From Catajapyx aquilonaris (taxonomy: Eukaryota), in the NCBI GenBank assembly GCA_000934665.2, contig KZ538290.1:1-64000 (forward strand): DNA of 64,000 nucleotides, given 5' to 3'. Position 1 is the stretch's first letter, and each line of letters begins with the position of its first letter. Of the stretch, positions 23,601 through 37,571 are shown one piece after another. The position numbers and the translations under genes are program-made. The notes below the pieces were generated by a model. That model saw nothing but the letters and a program-made list of their open reading frames with translations. It ran no database searches and was not told where the DNA came from.

Positions 23601-26600
23601 ATATACTTGGCTTAATAAGAGCTGTGCACACAACGCAATTAATTTTAATACTATTATCCTGACAAGAACGACTTTTATCCTCTAGTGTGTCAATGCGTCT
23701 TCCGGATTAAAGTCAGTGTATAATCATCGATTGTTAATTTCGTCACGCTAATAAGGTAGATATGAATATGTGATTAGAGTAGACCCGTATCTGAATTGAC
23801 ATTTCTAAGAGGGATAATCCATTATTCATATGTACCTGCTACTAGACGTGCTTATTAAGGATTTGCTTATGGACACAGCTGCGCCATACCGGAGATAAGA
23901 TGTGGAACTCAAAACGAACCAATCATTTGGAGCAATACATGGTCTACTTCACTTATTTGTCAAGTGAGCCTTTGGTAGTAAATAATTAATTGGTTCTTCT
24001 TATAATTTTTTGTTCGGAATATACACCCCATTTATGGATTTGAAGGTCATTTCCAGTTTCTAGTCACACTACTGGCCATAAAAGGCCTGCGTGAAAATGT
24101 TCCCTGTTCAATATAGGGCACCAAGGCATCGAATCTCATTTTCCTACCAACGATCACATTGTACCAATGAAAGCGAATATAGGTCCCTTATGTATTGTTC
24201 CAAAACAATGTGTGATCTAGTTTTGGGCGTTCACTCTTCACCTCCCACTCGCCCTTAATCAAATTGCATGTGCGCCAGTGTTCATGAACAGAACCATAAC
24301 GACTAGCTGAGAATCTCCGTTCTTGAACGGTTATGGTTATTGGACTCCCAAGGGGGTGAGCCTCATGCTGCTGTGTTTACTGCAATTACGTGCAATCAAA
24401 CTTCATTATTCTCTCCCCCCCCCCCTCCATCACCATGGTTTGCTTGGGCGAAAATGCAAAACACAGGTCAAAAATTGCGTGCCAACACCGCTGGGATCTT
24501 GAAGCCCAGGCATAAATCTTGCATTCACAGAATGGAACGGAAATTAACGACCAGTGGAAAATCCACTCATATTCACTACAAAACGCAATGTATAGTCCTT
24601 TGGGTCTTTTACATTGCGCCATCCAAAAAGACTTGTTGCAATGTAATTCAAAAGAGAACCGGCTATCCATACAGGTCATACAGGCAGAAAACGACGCTCT
24701 GTTATGAGGCACTTGATATTCGCAGACCAGATTCCATGTAAAACTCTTTCACACTTTTCACCCCTCGCCCAATCAGTTTCCTAAAAGGCTTCTACACCTA
24801 AAACAAAAGAGAGATTATTAAATTTTCTCTCCCTTTTTTGAAAGCACAGATAACTGATGAATCTAGCTGACAACAGCACGCTACAGTAGAAAGAACTATT
24901 ATTTCCTATTACTGTCTCTAATAATATTATTACATTTTCTCCGTTTTTACAAACCGATTCGGGAAATAAAACTTCCTGCTCAATTTCTTTAGCCCCGACC
25001 ACCAGTAGCTGTAACTAAAAATATGCCATATTGCTCCGGATAAACACTATCGGATGTCCATGAAAGAAAAACAGGCGATACGCGCTAATGAATTCAGAAG
25101 AGCAGAGGTGAGTGTAGGAGACCGCTGGGATGATGCATGTATCGGATTTAATCATGATTAATCCCTAAAGCATACACCAGAGACACATCGAGCTGTGGGT
25201 ACTGTTCGTGTTGGCTACGAATGGCGCCAAACCCAACTGGCCTGCGGTTTTCCGGGCCTGACTAGCTTTATCCAACTAGCAAGTGGAAAGCATTTAAATC
25301 GCTTGTTTGCTGTCAGGCATGCATAATTTTATGAATCCTCTGCTTCCGGCTTAAGGAAAAACATTCTCTAGTTAGCGGGTAGCTGGGCTGAAAATGACTA
25401 TAGGCCTGCTATCTATCAGTATTTGGATGAGCAAAATTTGTCTATTGACGACAAAAAAAATACTGCTCTATATCTTATTCTTTTATTGCTGTTTTATGGC
25501 GCTAGTAATATGCCATCGTTTGCGCTGGAATAAGCTTATTGCGATTGTTGACTCCGCGTGCCGTCATGTTTGAAGAGACTTTAGCATTTCATGAGCGAGA
25601 ATTTGAAACATTTTTCTGATGCCTGAAAATTCCATATGGAGGAGACCGCCCTTATTTTATAGATAGAGGAAAACTTTCCAAAATTTGTATCGGCTTGCGT
25701 TAGAAAGCTTCTGCGCATATTATGCAAAGAAATTATTCGTATTACATTTTAGTAGCGTATTATTTTAAAATAGAGTATAACATCAAAATTATTGGTAAAG
25801 TGGAACTTGGACTACACCGGATGATCAATTCTGGTAAAAAATGTATTCTATTGCAAGCAAACTAGACATATTTCTCAGAAAAGCAAATACCACATTTCTG
25901 TTATCCATTTAAGTCCAGGATATAAAAAAAACCTTTCATTTTCCACTCAAACAGTTGCTACTACGCACGACATATGATATACCGGTACCGGTATTTTTGT
26001 GCAGAAAAGAATCAATATTTGTGACATAAGTTATAGTCAAATAATACTATTTTAGTGCAGACATGTTAAATAATGAAGCAGTTCCGTACTCATACATTGC
26101 GAACAGCGGATCCATATCCTATTAGGCAGGTAATTATCGAGGAATCGAACTTTGTAACACAGTTCTATATCAGAAACTGACAGTCTAATTACCGATTTTT
26201 ACAGCTAACTTAATTACACGACAATATTATCCAATATTTCCAGCTCCGTATACAGGGACACCTACATTTTTATTCCTCTCTTCCCAGTACACCTACACGA
26301 CACTATTTGACATATTATAAGGACTCAGAAAACTACTGCCAATATTTCGTCGTTTCTATAGCCATAGAAATACAGCACGACATCCTCCTGCATTAGTAGG
26401 GAAACGAATGAATGACAATTACGCAGGTCTTAAACTACTGTAGTAGAGCAGCAAATTTCCTCATGGGACTTGTAACACTGGAAACGCTGTTATGCGAGCT
26501 TTGTACAGCAAGACAAGCTGCATTGCGCCACAGGTCGTGCCGGCAAACATTAGACAAGTTGCACCCGAGCCCCACGCTCCAAACTAGCATGAATAATTTA

Positions 26601-29600
26601 TCCAAAGAGATTGGGCCGCATTTGCTTGCTTCAAGCGGGCCTATTTCGCCTCATGCGAGCTTTTCCCATCCAAACCATGTGGAATGAACGGTGTAATTGT
26701 GACACCGGACATTTTTCCCCCGCCGGGTAATACCCATCAAAGTAGAATCTGCCCCCCAGTGAGAACCCCTTCAAATCGAACCTACGAAATCTCCGGACTC
26801 CAGGGGTTTTTTTTTCCTTCTTTCTTTGCCCTCTTCTTTGCCCACTTCTGCCGTTTGTATAGTAAAGGAGAAGAGAAAAGCATCGGGTTTTTTTCCCTGC
26901 CCAACCCCCCACAACATCCAAAACTGCAGCTGGGGGCTAAACAATTTCCTGATAGTAATCGATCAATTTCCGACCACCTACAAATGTCAAAAGGTTTGGT
27001 GATGTTAATCAGTGGATTCGGCGTGAATTTCGAAGGCAAATGCCTCAGGAGATGCTGTTATGAAAGTTGGGATAGGTTTTAGAACCAACTGCCAACTCGT
27101 TTCTTATGCAGGTATAATCAATAGCAAATTATAGTAGTTGCGAGTCCCAATGTGCCAATTCAATGAGTTGAAAAGTTGCTTATTTTGAATGTTATCTGTC
27201 TTATTTTTGCTATCTTTTACTCAATGTATATATAGAGAGAGAGAGCTTGAATTTGCATGAGGATTGCCAAAGCATGAGTGGGTGTAGTGATTCCCATGAT
27301 TATTAAAATTAATATTTAGCCTTCTAGGAATCTCACTTGCATAATACATGGCATGATAAATAATCAAGAGACCCATATTATGATTCTAAACTGGATCCAT
27401 CACGTGCCTGCCACATGATTCCTTTCCCTCCCACACGTTCTTCAAAGGGCACGTTTCTTGTATCAGAAATGCCGAAATCTCTGGAGCGATGCGGTTAATA
27501 TTTGATACGACGTAGTACACGTGCACTTTATGAAGCGGCATGCACCAGCACTTTTGTGGCGATCATTCTTCTTTTCCGTTCAAGATATTTGGAGATATTT
27601 TTTTATTTCCATCATGCAAAGTTCAACTACTGAACTATCAAATTGAAATAGTGCGCCGCCAAATGGTTTCAAATTTCCGGTTACCCATGCAACCCATACT
27701 CTGAATAGCCTAGATATTGCCCAAAAAGTGGTGCAAAAGGTGCGGTAAAGAATGACTGGACAGGTTTAATGCAAAACTCAATTCCAGTTACAAAAAATAA
27801 TTTTCCAATGCATTTCATTGCCTCATCAATTGTTTTTATTGCCTTGTTACTGCCGCATTTTCAGATGTGAAGAATGTTCTACTAGTAAAGGTCAACCCAA
27901 TTTTTATATTCCAAAGGTGCCAGGTATTACATCTCGGTCACGTATAGACCTCTCACCTTCCAACGATGTTACGCAAGGCATAACGTATGCTGCACCAGTC
28001 TACACTGTTGCACATGCCCTGCATATGATTTATGTACGACGTAAACACAAAAGATATTGCGCGTCTCAGAAGAAAACCATGATGAAACGTTTTAGTACTG
28101 GATACTGAGATTGCCTGCCAAAAGTTACGACCTCTTTAGGACTTCTCCAAGAGGTCGCCATTTTTGATTTGGGGGTTATAAAATTGTATTAAACCTGATA
28201 TTATACCCTAGACGATAATACATTTTTCAGACAAAAACTACTTGATTTTCAGATTTTTCTTTGTTAGACATTGTACACCTGTAGGACCGTCCACATGTAT
28301 AAAAAAAGAAGCAGCGGTTGGTCCGGAGCCCAATCCCTATAAATAGATCAAGTGATAATGGAAATCGATTCTTTGGTTCTCCTCAAAGGCAGACCTCCTG
28401 CCGCCAAAAAATTGCCCAAAATTGCAACTCACACAAATCCCCTTCGAGGCACAATCGATTAAGATCCCACACCCACAACCGGGTCAAGAAACATAAAATT
28501 GCCGCCCCCTCTCAAAAAAAAAGGTCAAAGTGTCTCATAAAATGACGTGTCTCCTGAGACTTTAACCACCGAGAAATATCCGATGTAATCTTTTACCCCG
28601 ACTTTACTTGGTCGGGGTACCATCTGCTACGAAGAGCCAAAATGATAACCGCTTCATTTTGTGGAGGTGTCGACAAGGATTTTTTTTTCTTTTCTTCTCC
28701 TATTTTTTGTGTGTCTTCGTAACTGCCTTTGGGGTAGACGTCGAGGACAGCAAGGGCTACAGGGCCCACTTTAGTTCTTCTCACAATTCATGCATGAAAA
28801 TAGGAAATGACGGCCTCTTTTTTTTTGGGGGGGGGGGGGGGGGTATCATTTTGTGCAAGTGACGACCTTTCTGGGTTGATATTTTGAAGGAGAAAATATT
28901 GTCCGCTTTTTCTCACAAATAAGATATTCGCACGAGGAATTAACATTTTGATGTAGTTTTTCACCACACACGATGTGACAGGAGTTATTTGGTATTTAAG
29001 CTAAATATTTTCTTGACATATGTATGTCAAAATAGCGGTTCAGTGTTTCTCTAGATTAGGTGTCGATGACGAGGGAGTATAAAGCAGTATGATTTTATAA
29101 GTGACATTAAAAATTGATATCGGTCGTTAGCTGATTGTGGGATGGACCATTTGCATAATTTTAAAGGAGAGCTGCCATTTTCAATCATTTAGTTGGGTAT
29201 CAGGTGATACACCGAATACTCGCAAATAATTTGTACTTCATTTTCTTACCTATGAAACATATATTCTGAAACACTTTCGACGACCGATACTGGTTGTATT
29301 TGTACGCAAACTCATCTCAGTTGCTATCGCTCTAAAATTATTGCAAGTTAGAACGTGAAGGCCAAAAGCGATGTTTTCCCAGCAGCGTTTGTTGTACCGT
29401 TGCCAGTTAGGGGACCGCAAATGCGGATAAATAAGCCCCCCCCCCCCCCAAACCTCCCGTATGTGATCGTCAAACTAATGCACCGCGCAAAATTGGCATT
29501 AACTATGCATCGCAGGCGGTTTTCAATCCTATGGTCTGTTTAGCTATCCTTATTTTTGGAACCGATTCAATGTACGAGCTTTACTCGTTCGCTCCATGCT

Positions 29601-30699
29601 CTAAACGCAAGTCAATTCTCATGGGATTCTGTCACCCGCATCAGACTAATTATAAGTTGCTCCGGAAAACTGATCGAACCGGTTTTATTATCGTCACGCT
29701 ATGCTATGATCATTATTATAGCAGGTTTTCTTTCGTCTGAACTGTGTTGATTGCAGGATCGAAGCAATTTGGTTGCCTGCTGTAGTACATGTAGCCTACT
29801 TTACAGAGATGTGAAGGTCAGGTGGGGGTAAAAATTGGCAATATAGTTATTTATGAGCAATTAGCATGCGAGTATCATGGGATTGATCGCTAATCTAAAA
29901 AGGGTAGCATGAAAATACAAGAGGGAAAATATTTTTGCGACGTAATAATTATGCATTACCGGCTTACTCATATACAGTATACGTATGAAGAATACTTAAA
30001 TCCGACTGCACTTTCGCTTTTCTGTATAGGTATAAACATGCATTAATGTGAGTGAAATATACCAAGTTTTACATTGTAGCTCCATGAATGTCAGAATCAT
30101 AATTATTTAATGTGTAGAATTCTATTCCTACACTAAGCTTATTATAAACAGAATTTTTAGAGTTGGAATGTACTGTTGCTAAAGGGCACGAAATTTTCAG
30201 AGTAGGATATATAATTCAGCAATTTACATATTTTATAGTAGGCTGTACCTTTAAAAACCATGTTTTTGTGGCAGAAAAAGTTGGAAAAGCTAACCTCCAG
30301 CATATAAACGAGATTGTTTGCATATAATAATAGTTTACTTTGCTCAGCTAGAATAATAACGCCTCGGTAAAATTCAACACAGACAGTTTGGGCTATGGGC
30401 AGGACTCAAACAAGTTGAAATACTAGACAGTTTTGAACCTTACGGATATTATCATAAAGTTTCAACTATATAGAGAGCACAAGCAAATATTCGCACTACT
30501 TGACCTTAATTAATGCAAGCATCGGTTTTATACTGCAACTTACACCACAGTGTTTTTGAACTGGTTTTGAAACTCGCGATTTTATGAGAGTAAAAGTGCG
30601 AAAAGGAGCTAGTATGTACCTTTAGTACATACTGTGTTTTAGTCAAATATATACAGTAGAACTTGAATCACTTTGGTATCTGCACACTCCACAGTCCAA

Positions 30700-30831
30700 G
30701 GGGGTAACCACTTCGGTACTCCGGTGTACACCTGCGAGTGGTACTCCTCAGGTACCTCACTCTTTATTACTCCTTGGTACTCCTTGAATTTGGTACTCCA
30801 GTGTACACTTTTCAGTCGAGTGATTACCCCC
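30700..30831. mobile_element. Small TIR element with internal GGTACTCC repeats
   Basis: GGGGGTAACCACT...AGTGATTACCCCC termini; four GGTACTCC copies plus degenerate ones. Confidence 0.55.
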
Positions 30832-33698
30832 GAATGCTCGACTATTCGGCCCAAATATTCGCAACTTTGCACGCAATCCTAGTAGTAAAATACTAAACTC
30901 ATAAACATTTGCTGCAATAAAAAATAGGCTAATGCTTATATAGCTCTCTGAACTCTTATTTCTATAGGCCTCTAGTGTCTTTCTCTATATTCTCTCGGGG
31001 CCACAAAGACGACCGAACGCGGTTCTGAGGCTTTGCATATCGGAATTATTAAGCAGCGCTTTCACACCATGGCTCAGAGTCACGTTCTTTCGCACAGCAC
31101 TAACGCTCAGTTTTCTTTACTCTCTACTACAAACAGGCTCTTTGGCCAGAAATGTAAAGAAAATATTGACAGTGGCACCAAGGGGGGCCAAGGTGATGAG
31201 ATCTGGCGCATCAACAGGTAATGAAAAGAAGGAAGGTCAACCTTGGAAGAACTAGATGGAAATATTGACCCCCCCCCCCCATCCTATACTGTACGTGTCC
31301 TTTTAATTCGATTTGTCTTCTTCAATAAGCAGACCGACAGATTAAGCTGAACGGTTGCACTTCCCTGAATTGAATTAGTCTGTCGGTTCTACAGAATCGT
31401 GACTGGCTTCTTTTTTCTACGGTCAAATTAGGCAACTTTCTCAACTTGTTAATTGTCTTACCATTTCCTACCAGTAATGCTCTTCAGAGTGGCAGTAATT
31501 GAGCTTTTGCCGAACCAACTGAACCATTGTATTAGCATAGTTTCTGCGGAAAGAGCCTCGCTCAAAATCTTCAGATCCGTTTGCACCTCCTGAGCTCATC
31601 TTGATTAAGACAACCTGTTGTAGTTTGCAATTGGCCACCAAACAAATTGAGGTGCTCCATCCTCTTAATACGACGGTTTGAGACAACTCGAGCATAATTT
31701 AGAGACGACGAAAGTGTTCATATTAAGAGGGGCATAAGTATGCAAGTGAGAATTCATGGCGGCAGATGCACGGTTGCCTTGCAAGTCTCCGGCTCTAATG
31801 AACAGTATTAAACGTCAATTAAAAGGTCCTGGGTGTTTTCACAGCGGCAACCCACAGGAGCCCGTCGCGTTGATTGGGATATAAGGCCCGAGGATTTGGT
31901 CGTGATGAAGAGGCCGCCCCATTTCACCATTACAAAAAAGGTGTTGAAGATGTCCAAGTAGCTCCACAATGGTGATTTGCTTCTTCCTAAGTCTTAGAGC
32001 CAGGGTTTGCCGGAGCATCAATTCACCAAAAATTTGTCAGCGCCCGCAATGCGCCAAATGAGAATAAATTCGGGTTCATTTGAAGAAGACGTCACATTTT
32101 TCACCTCACTTTTAAGCCTAACATTTGACCTGACCTACCTTGCGACCTACTGTTGAAGTTACAGATCAAGGCATTTCCCACCATTTCTCTGCTGAAGCCT
32201 CTTTGTCTGGCCCACCTTGTCTGATGCATGGCGCGTACAAACGAGGGGAGGACACATTGGGATTTTCCAAGCTCATTTGGGTGTTGGATGCCCCCCTGAG
32301 AGAGGAATTTGAATCCTGCAACCTTCCTAAAGCCTAGGACGGCACGTTCTCACCCAGAAAGGGCCCAGGTTATCCCGCTGCGCCTAGGTTCCCATGTGTC
32401 CGGATTAAACGGGGACTTACAGGCTCCCGAGTAAACAACGCCTCAAACGCTGTCTTTCAAGCCTTCACTAGGGTATGCTGCTAGATTCTACAGCTTTGTC
32501 ACACAGCCATTGTAATTATTATTAACACTGCAGCCTTATTGCTTGACCAACATGTAATGATTTATGGTAAAAATCCGTTTTATCGCATCGGACCTGCCCA
32601 GCCGATGGACACTTCTATCCCAGCGCAATAGAAAAGGCCGATCCGTTATTCCTTCCCGCAGCGGCGCTAGTAAAACAATGGAATCTCGCTGTGCGTGTCG
32701 TTCATTCGCCATAACAACTAGCGACCCTCCTCCCGATTACTAGGTTTATCAGCGACCCCCCTCCCGATTACTACCGATCACGGTCTTAGCTACCGATAGC
32801 GTATACCAAGATGGCCGCAATATGGAGATGTTCACGATCCAGGTCACATCATGGCCACCTCCAGTCAGCGCCACGGCGGGAATGAGTAACGGAACGCAAA
32901 ATGGCGGCGAGTTTCCCGACCTCTCCTTCTAAGACCGTGGACCTGCCTGTTTCGGCCTTGAGGGGAAGAGCATGCGCAGGACTGATATGGTATCTCCCCT
33001 CCAGAAGAAAACAGGCAGGCCCGATGTGATTACTACATGTTGAGCAGCCTAATAGCAATTATTACTGTATATGGAAAAATTATTTGCTAAAGAAAGGTTC
33101 ACCGATGATGTTCACATTTCGACGTACTGTAGGTTCAAATAATGCGCATTTAGTAGAATCAGAGCCGGTCAACCAGACTCTTATTTAAAGAAATATAATG
33201 ACATGATTGGCATCGAGTCATGCTCGTTTGAGCATTTCACAATGACAATTTCATTACATTGCCAATTCATTTTTTAACTTCTAGGTGTGACTGAAATGAG
33301 GAAATTATAAATAGGTTAGAGTTGTGCGATATGCCGCAAAAACACAATGTAGTACCACTGAATAACATTTTTAGCCACATCACATGGTCTGTTTTATTCA
33401 AATTATCCACATTACTGACACCTTTGTAATTGACACCACAGTGATTGTCATTGTCATATAGTTAATGTACTTGTAATTAGCATCATTACGAGTGTATTTT
33501 TATCCCAGTCAACCCCATATTGGCACATTCTGGTTCCCTACCCGGATTATTCCATAATAATTATTTTGACACTCTGATGCACAATAACAACAAAACCAAA
33601 ATCGTACATGTATATATTTTTTACAAAGCAGGCTGTAGTTAAAATAATATAAGTAAACATCACTGTTTTATGAGTAGCATATTAATATCATCGCACCT

Positions 33699-33922
33699 CT
33701 GCCGTCAGATGTGAGAGGACCGTAACTCATTATCCACTTCCCTTGCGGCGAGAAAAGAAAGCAAGTGTTACCGAAAGCATCGAAGAGGTGGCGTTGGGGG
33801 AAGGGGGAAAAAAGGAATGGCATCCCAACTCCACCTGTTGGGTGCTTTTGGTACCACTGCTTTTTTTCTCGCCGCAAGGGGAAGTGGACATTGACTTACG
33901 GTCTTCTCATATCTGACGGCAG
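33699..33922. mobile_element. Foldback MITE
   Basis: CTGCCGTCAGAT...ATCTGACGGCAG; about 100-bp imperfect arms with a short purine-rich spacer. Confidence 0.8.
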
Positions 33923-36900
33923 GACCTCTAACCGTTCGTTGAATGAGTAGATGATATTACAAATTACTGTTACGTTTGAGCATGATTTCAATTAAAATGT
34001 TACAAATTATTTACAAGTACAATGCATAACTTCAGTTTAATTCTGTACTGCATTGTCACCTATACTTGAAGTAACATTGCGGTTCCGGATTGTTGATTGA
34101 ACAATATCACATAAACTACACGTCACCTTTTTGATAAATTATTGCCTTATTGCATAAGCTTACAAAGTACAGTAATTTGTTATACACCAGGTGGTCTACA
34201 AGCTACAACTGTGCGTCACGCAACACTTCTTAGCTATATAATAGGCTATTTGAGAAGTAAATCAACGATCCCTAAGCAGCATGATCTCTTTCATGTAATA
34301 AATTACACACTGTAGTTATAGTAACAATCCAGCCCACCAAAGAGTGTCACAATATCGATGGCAACCTATGGCTTGAAAAGGTTTTCTTGGACAACGACGC
34401 AATATTATTTTCTCTGAAGTGTCACCTCTCTAGTTGGTCAATTTAAACTCGGCACCAAAACATACCGCCGAATTTCCCCTCTTATTCATAAAGGGCAGAA
34501 AAAAAATCAAAGATCCCCCCTCGCATTGACTTTCCACACTCAACCGAACCTCACGTAGATCGTTTAATCTCATAAAAAATCCCAATGTATGTCCGCTGTG
34601 GGATTACCCTCGAACGCCTTCCCCATCTCTCCCTTAGGAAACACTTCTTCCCAAACTCTGAAGCTCCGAGGCTTCTAAGATTGGCTCACTTTTTTTTCTC
34701 TCTCTCTCTCTCTGCTTTCAAAGTCCAACGGCTATCCATGCACCCAAAAGCAGAGCCTCCAGATATTCCTGCCTTTATATCAGTCTCACTTCTACGAATG
34801 CAAATGACCAAGATCCCTGAAAGTTAGGAATATTGTATCCACGTGGCAGCTGAGAGGAAGATGGCAGAGTTAAGGTTAACTACGTGTTTCCCTAGGGATG
34901 GTAGTTATTTTTTTTCATTCTTCAAAATGATACGAGTTATAGGAGAAACCTTCCAAGTTTTGCTGATGTTATCTTTAACTACATTTGGGTGTAGCATATA
35001 TAAAAGAGGGGCAAAGTTTACATATAGCGCGGGAAAGGAAATGGTGGTTTTGAATGTGAGTTTTTGTTTCGTGTGGAGCTTGACTGTTTTTCCCTCTCGG
35101 AACCATCCGGAGGAAATTTCGAATAATTTCCATATTAATAAGCCAAACTGATATCCTGACAATTTACCTTAGCGGAAGCGTCTTCCCGGAGTTTCGCGAC
35201 TTTTGAATACCTAATTCACGACCTTATAAATAAGTAATGCCAAAACGTTTTGACTTTAGCGGGCAATCAAATTAAACGGCCTTGGTCTCACATATCGACG
35301 GAAATTGCGAGTTAAAATTTTTTAAAAAAAAGAAGGTGTGTGGCAGGAGTACACAATGCCAAGAAGCAAGAAATAGAGTTTGCGTCTTGGGAACCGTCGC
35401 ATCTTCACCTGAGCAAACTTGACAGACTAATCCGATTAGAGGAGTGGCGAGGAAAGCAAAGTGCCAAGTTTGGACCCTACCTAACCCATAGCTTTTGCCA
35501 TATCCTTCCCAATAGAAAATTATTCTTCCTCAACTTCTGCCAGATTTGACCAACCCCTTTTCAACATGTCGACACATGTGACCTGGACGAACCCAGCACT
35601 TTTTTTTTCTTCTAGGGCCTCAAAATTGCATGGCAATCCCCATCAGTCCTGCCGGAATTCCAAGGGAAGCTGTGGAACGAGGCCCACAAAACCCCAAGCC
35701 ATGATCCCCAACACTGCTTCCCACTCTACTACATAATGAAGACTTATCACGAGAGTTTGGGGGGGACTCCCAAAGAGCATCCAGAAAGTTAAATGGAACT
35801 TTTTTTTCCCAGGAGATTCGAGGCATTTTGCATGTAAATTAGTGCTCCGTAGATTATTGACCCTGCAAATGTGGACTCGGTTGAAAGAGAAATGACCTGA
35901 TAATTTTTGCTAATAATTGTTTATTGCATTTGTATAGTCGGATGAGAATTTATGTTTACATAAATGTGAAACCATTACATGAACAAAAATGTCTATACAT
36001 TTGAGCAAGAATGTCAAATTCGGACTACTTTACATTCGACCTTGTGCATTACAGCACCCATGACTTTGCCGTACCGGATAAAAGGAGATTAAATCAGCGT
36101 TGAGGTTTGTGTGACTGAAAACAGTTTATAAACTTGCGTCGAGTAATTTTCAGGACGTAAATGAGAAATGAGGGAGGAATTTTCATAAAATAAATGAACT
36201 CTTATTACATCATAATTTTGGAAATTCTCTTCGCTATAGCGTGCCAACCTGGGACTTGTTGCAGGGGTTACAACCCCCTATTGTGTTCCGTGTCTCTCGC
36301 CTTTCCAAAACAAGGGCCTTGTCGATTGGACAATAAATTACTGCCGGGCGAAATAAAATTTATGAGGAATCGGGCGCAACCTTCCCTTTATTGTGTGCTT
36401 ATAATTTGACAAACACTAAAGCTGATGATAGTTTAGGTGAACCAGAAGTGTAGCTTTTTTATGATATTATGTCCTCACCAGATCGGTCATTCAAGTAGGT
36501 TTTTTTTGCAATAGAAGTGTTTTTGACCACCAATTCCCCTTTACGTAAACTGGGAGTGCCGTTATGTAACACATGAAAAAGCCAACAGTTGTTCTTGCAT
36601 TTGAAATAGTTGAAGTAGCACAATAATTTATGGCTAGTTGAACATTTTTTGGTGCATCACGCATTCACTCCCATTAAAGTGCAACCAGCTTCACTGATAC
36701 GTCATGGAATCGGCAGCTTTAAAATTTAATTGCAAATTTATATTACACACAAACTTTATACCGTGTAATTGAACACATGACACCGGACCTGACAGCGAAT
36801 TAGACAAAATTCCATGTACATGTATTTTGCAGCTGGCCTAAATTCAACGAATTGTCTGCCTGATGTCCGTTATGCTGGCCCGATCCATTCACTGAAGTTC

Positions 36901-37249
36901 GATAAGGACACACATATCGTTTGTTTACGTTTGTTTTGATGAAAATATAGTTTGTTTCAAATTTCAATACTATGTTTTTTTTAAACCAACACTGTGGGTG
37001 ACTCTAGCTTCACGGGGCCCGACCTATTCACTTCGTTTATTTGATGCATGTGTTAATCTCAACCCCGAAAACGGCCAGCGGCCGAAAAAAACGACCGTTG
37101 TTTCAAAACAGCCAGAGCTAGTTCTGGTCGTTCTTGCAGTTATTAATATACATATGGATATGGAGCTGAGGGGGACGATGGATGAAGCCCTTTGTGTTGG
37201 TGTGGCTGTGGGGCTTTGAGGTGACCACACCAGGCTTGTCCTTCATTGT

Positions 37250-37571
37250 GGCCCTGCCGGACACGGTCTGTCGCATTGCCAGATAAACTTAGTTGCGAGC
37301 GTTGCGAACGGAGGGCTTATTGTGGGTTGTGTATCAGCCCAACAATACTGTCCGTCTTTGTGCGCCGCAAGCCAACGAACATTATTGTGGCATGTCCAAT
37401 CGCTTGTGCTTGGCAAAGCCACATTATCATTATTTTGTTGGCCTGCGGCGGCTCAAGACGACCAGTATTGTTGGGCAGATACACAACCCACAATAAGGGC
37501 TTATCTCGCAACGCGGCTCGCAACTAACTAAAATTATCTGCGCCAATGCGACGACCGTGCCCGGCAGGGCC
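37250..37571. mobile_element. Foldback MITE (GGCCC ends, possibly Harbinger-like)
   Basis: GGCCCTGCCGG...CCGGCAGGGCC; about 150-bp imperfect arms; produces mirror-image ORFs in the track. Confidence 0.8.
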
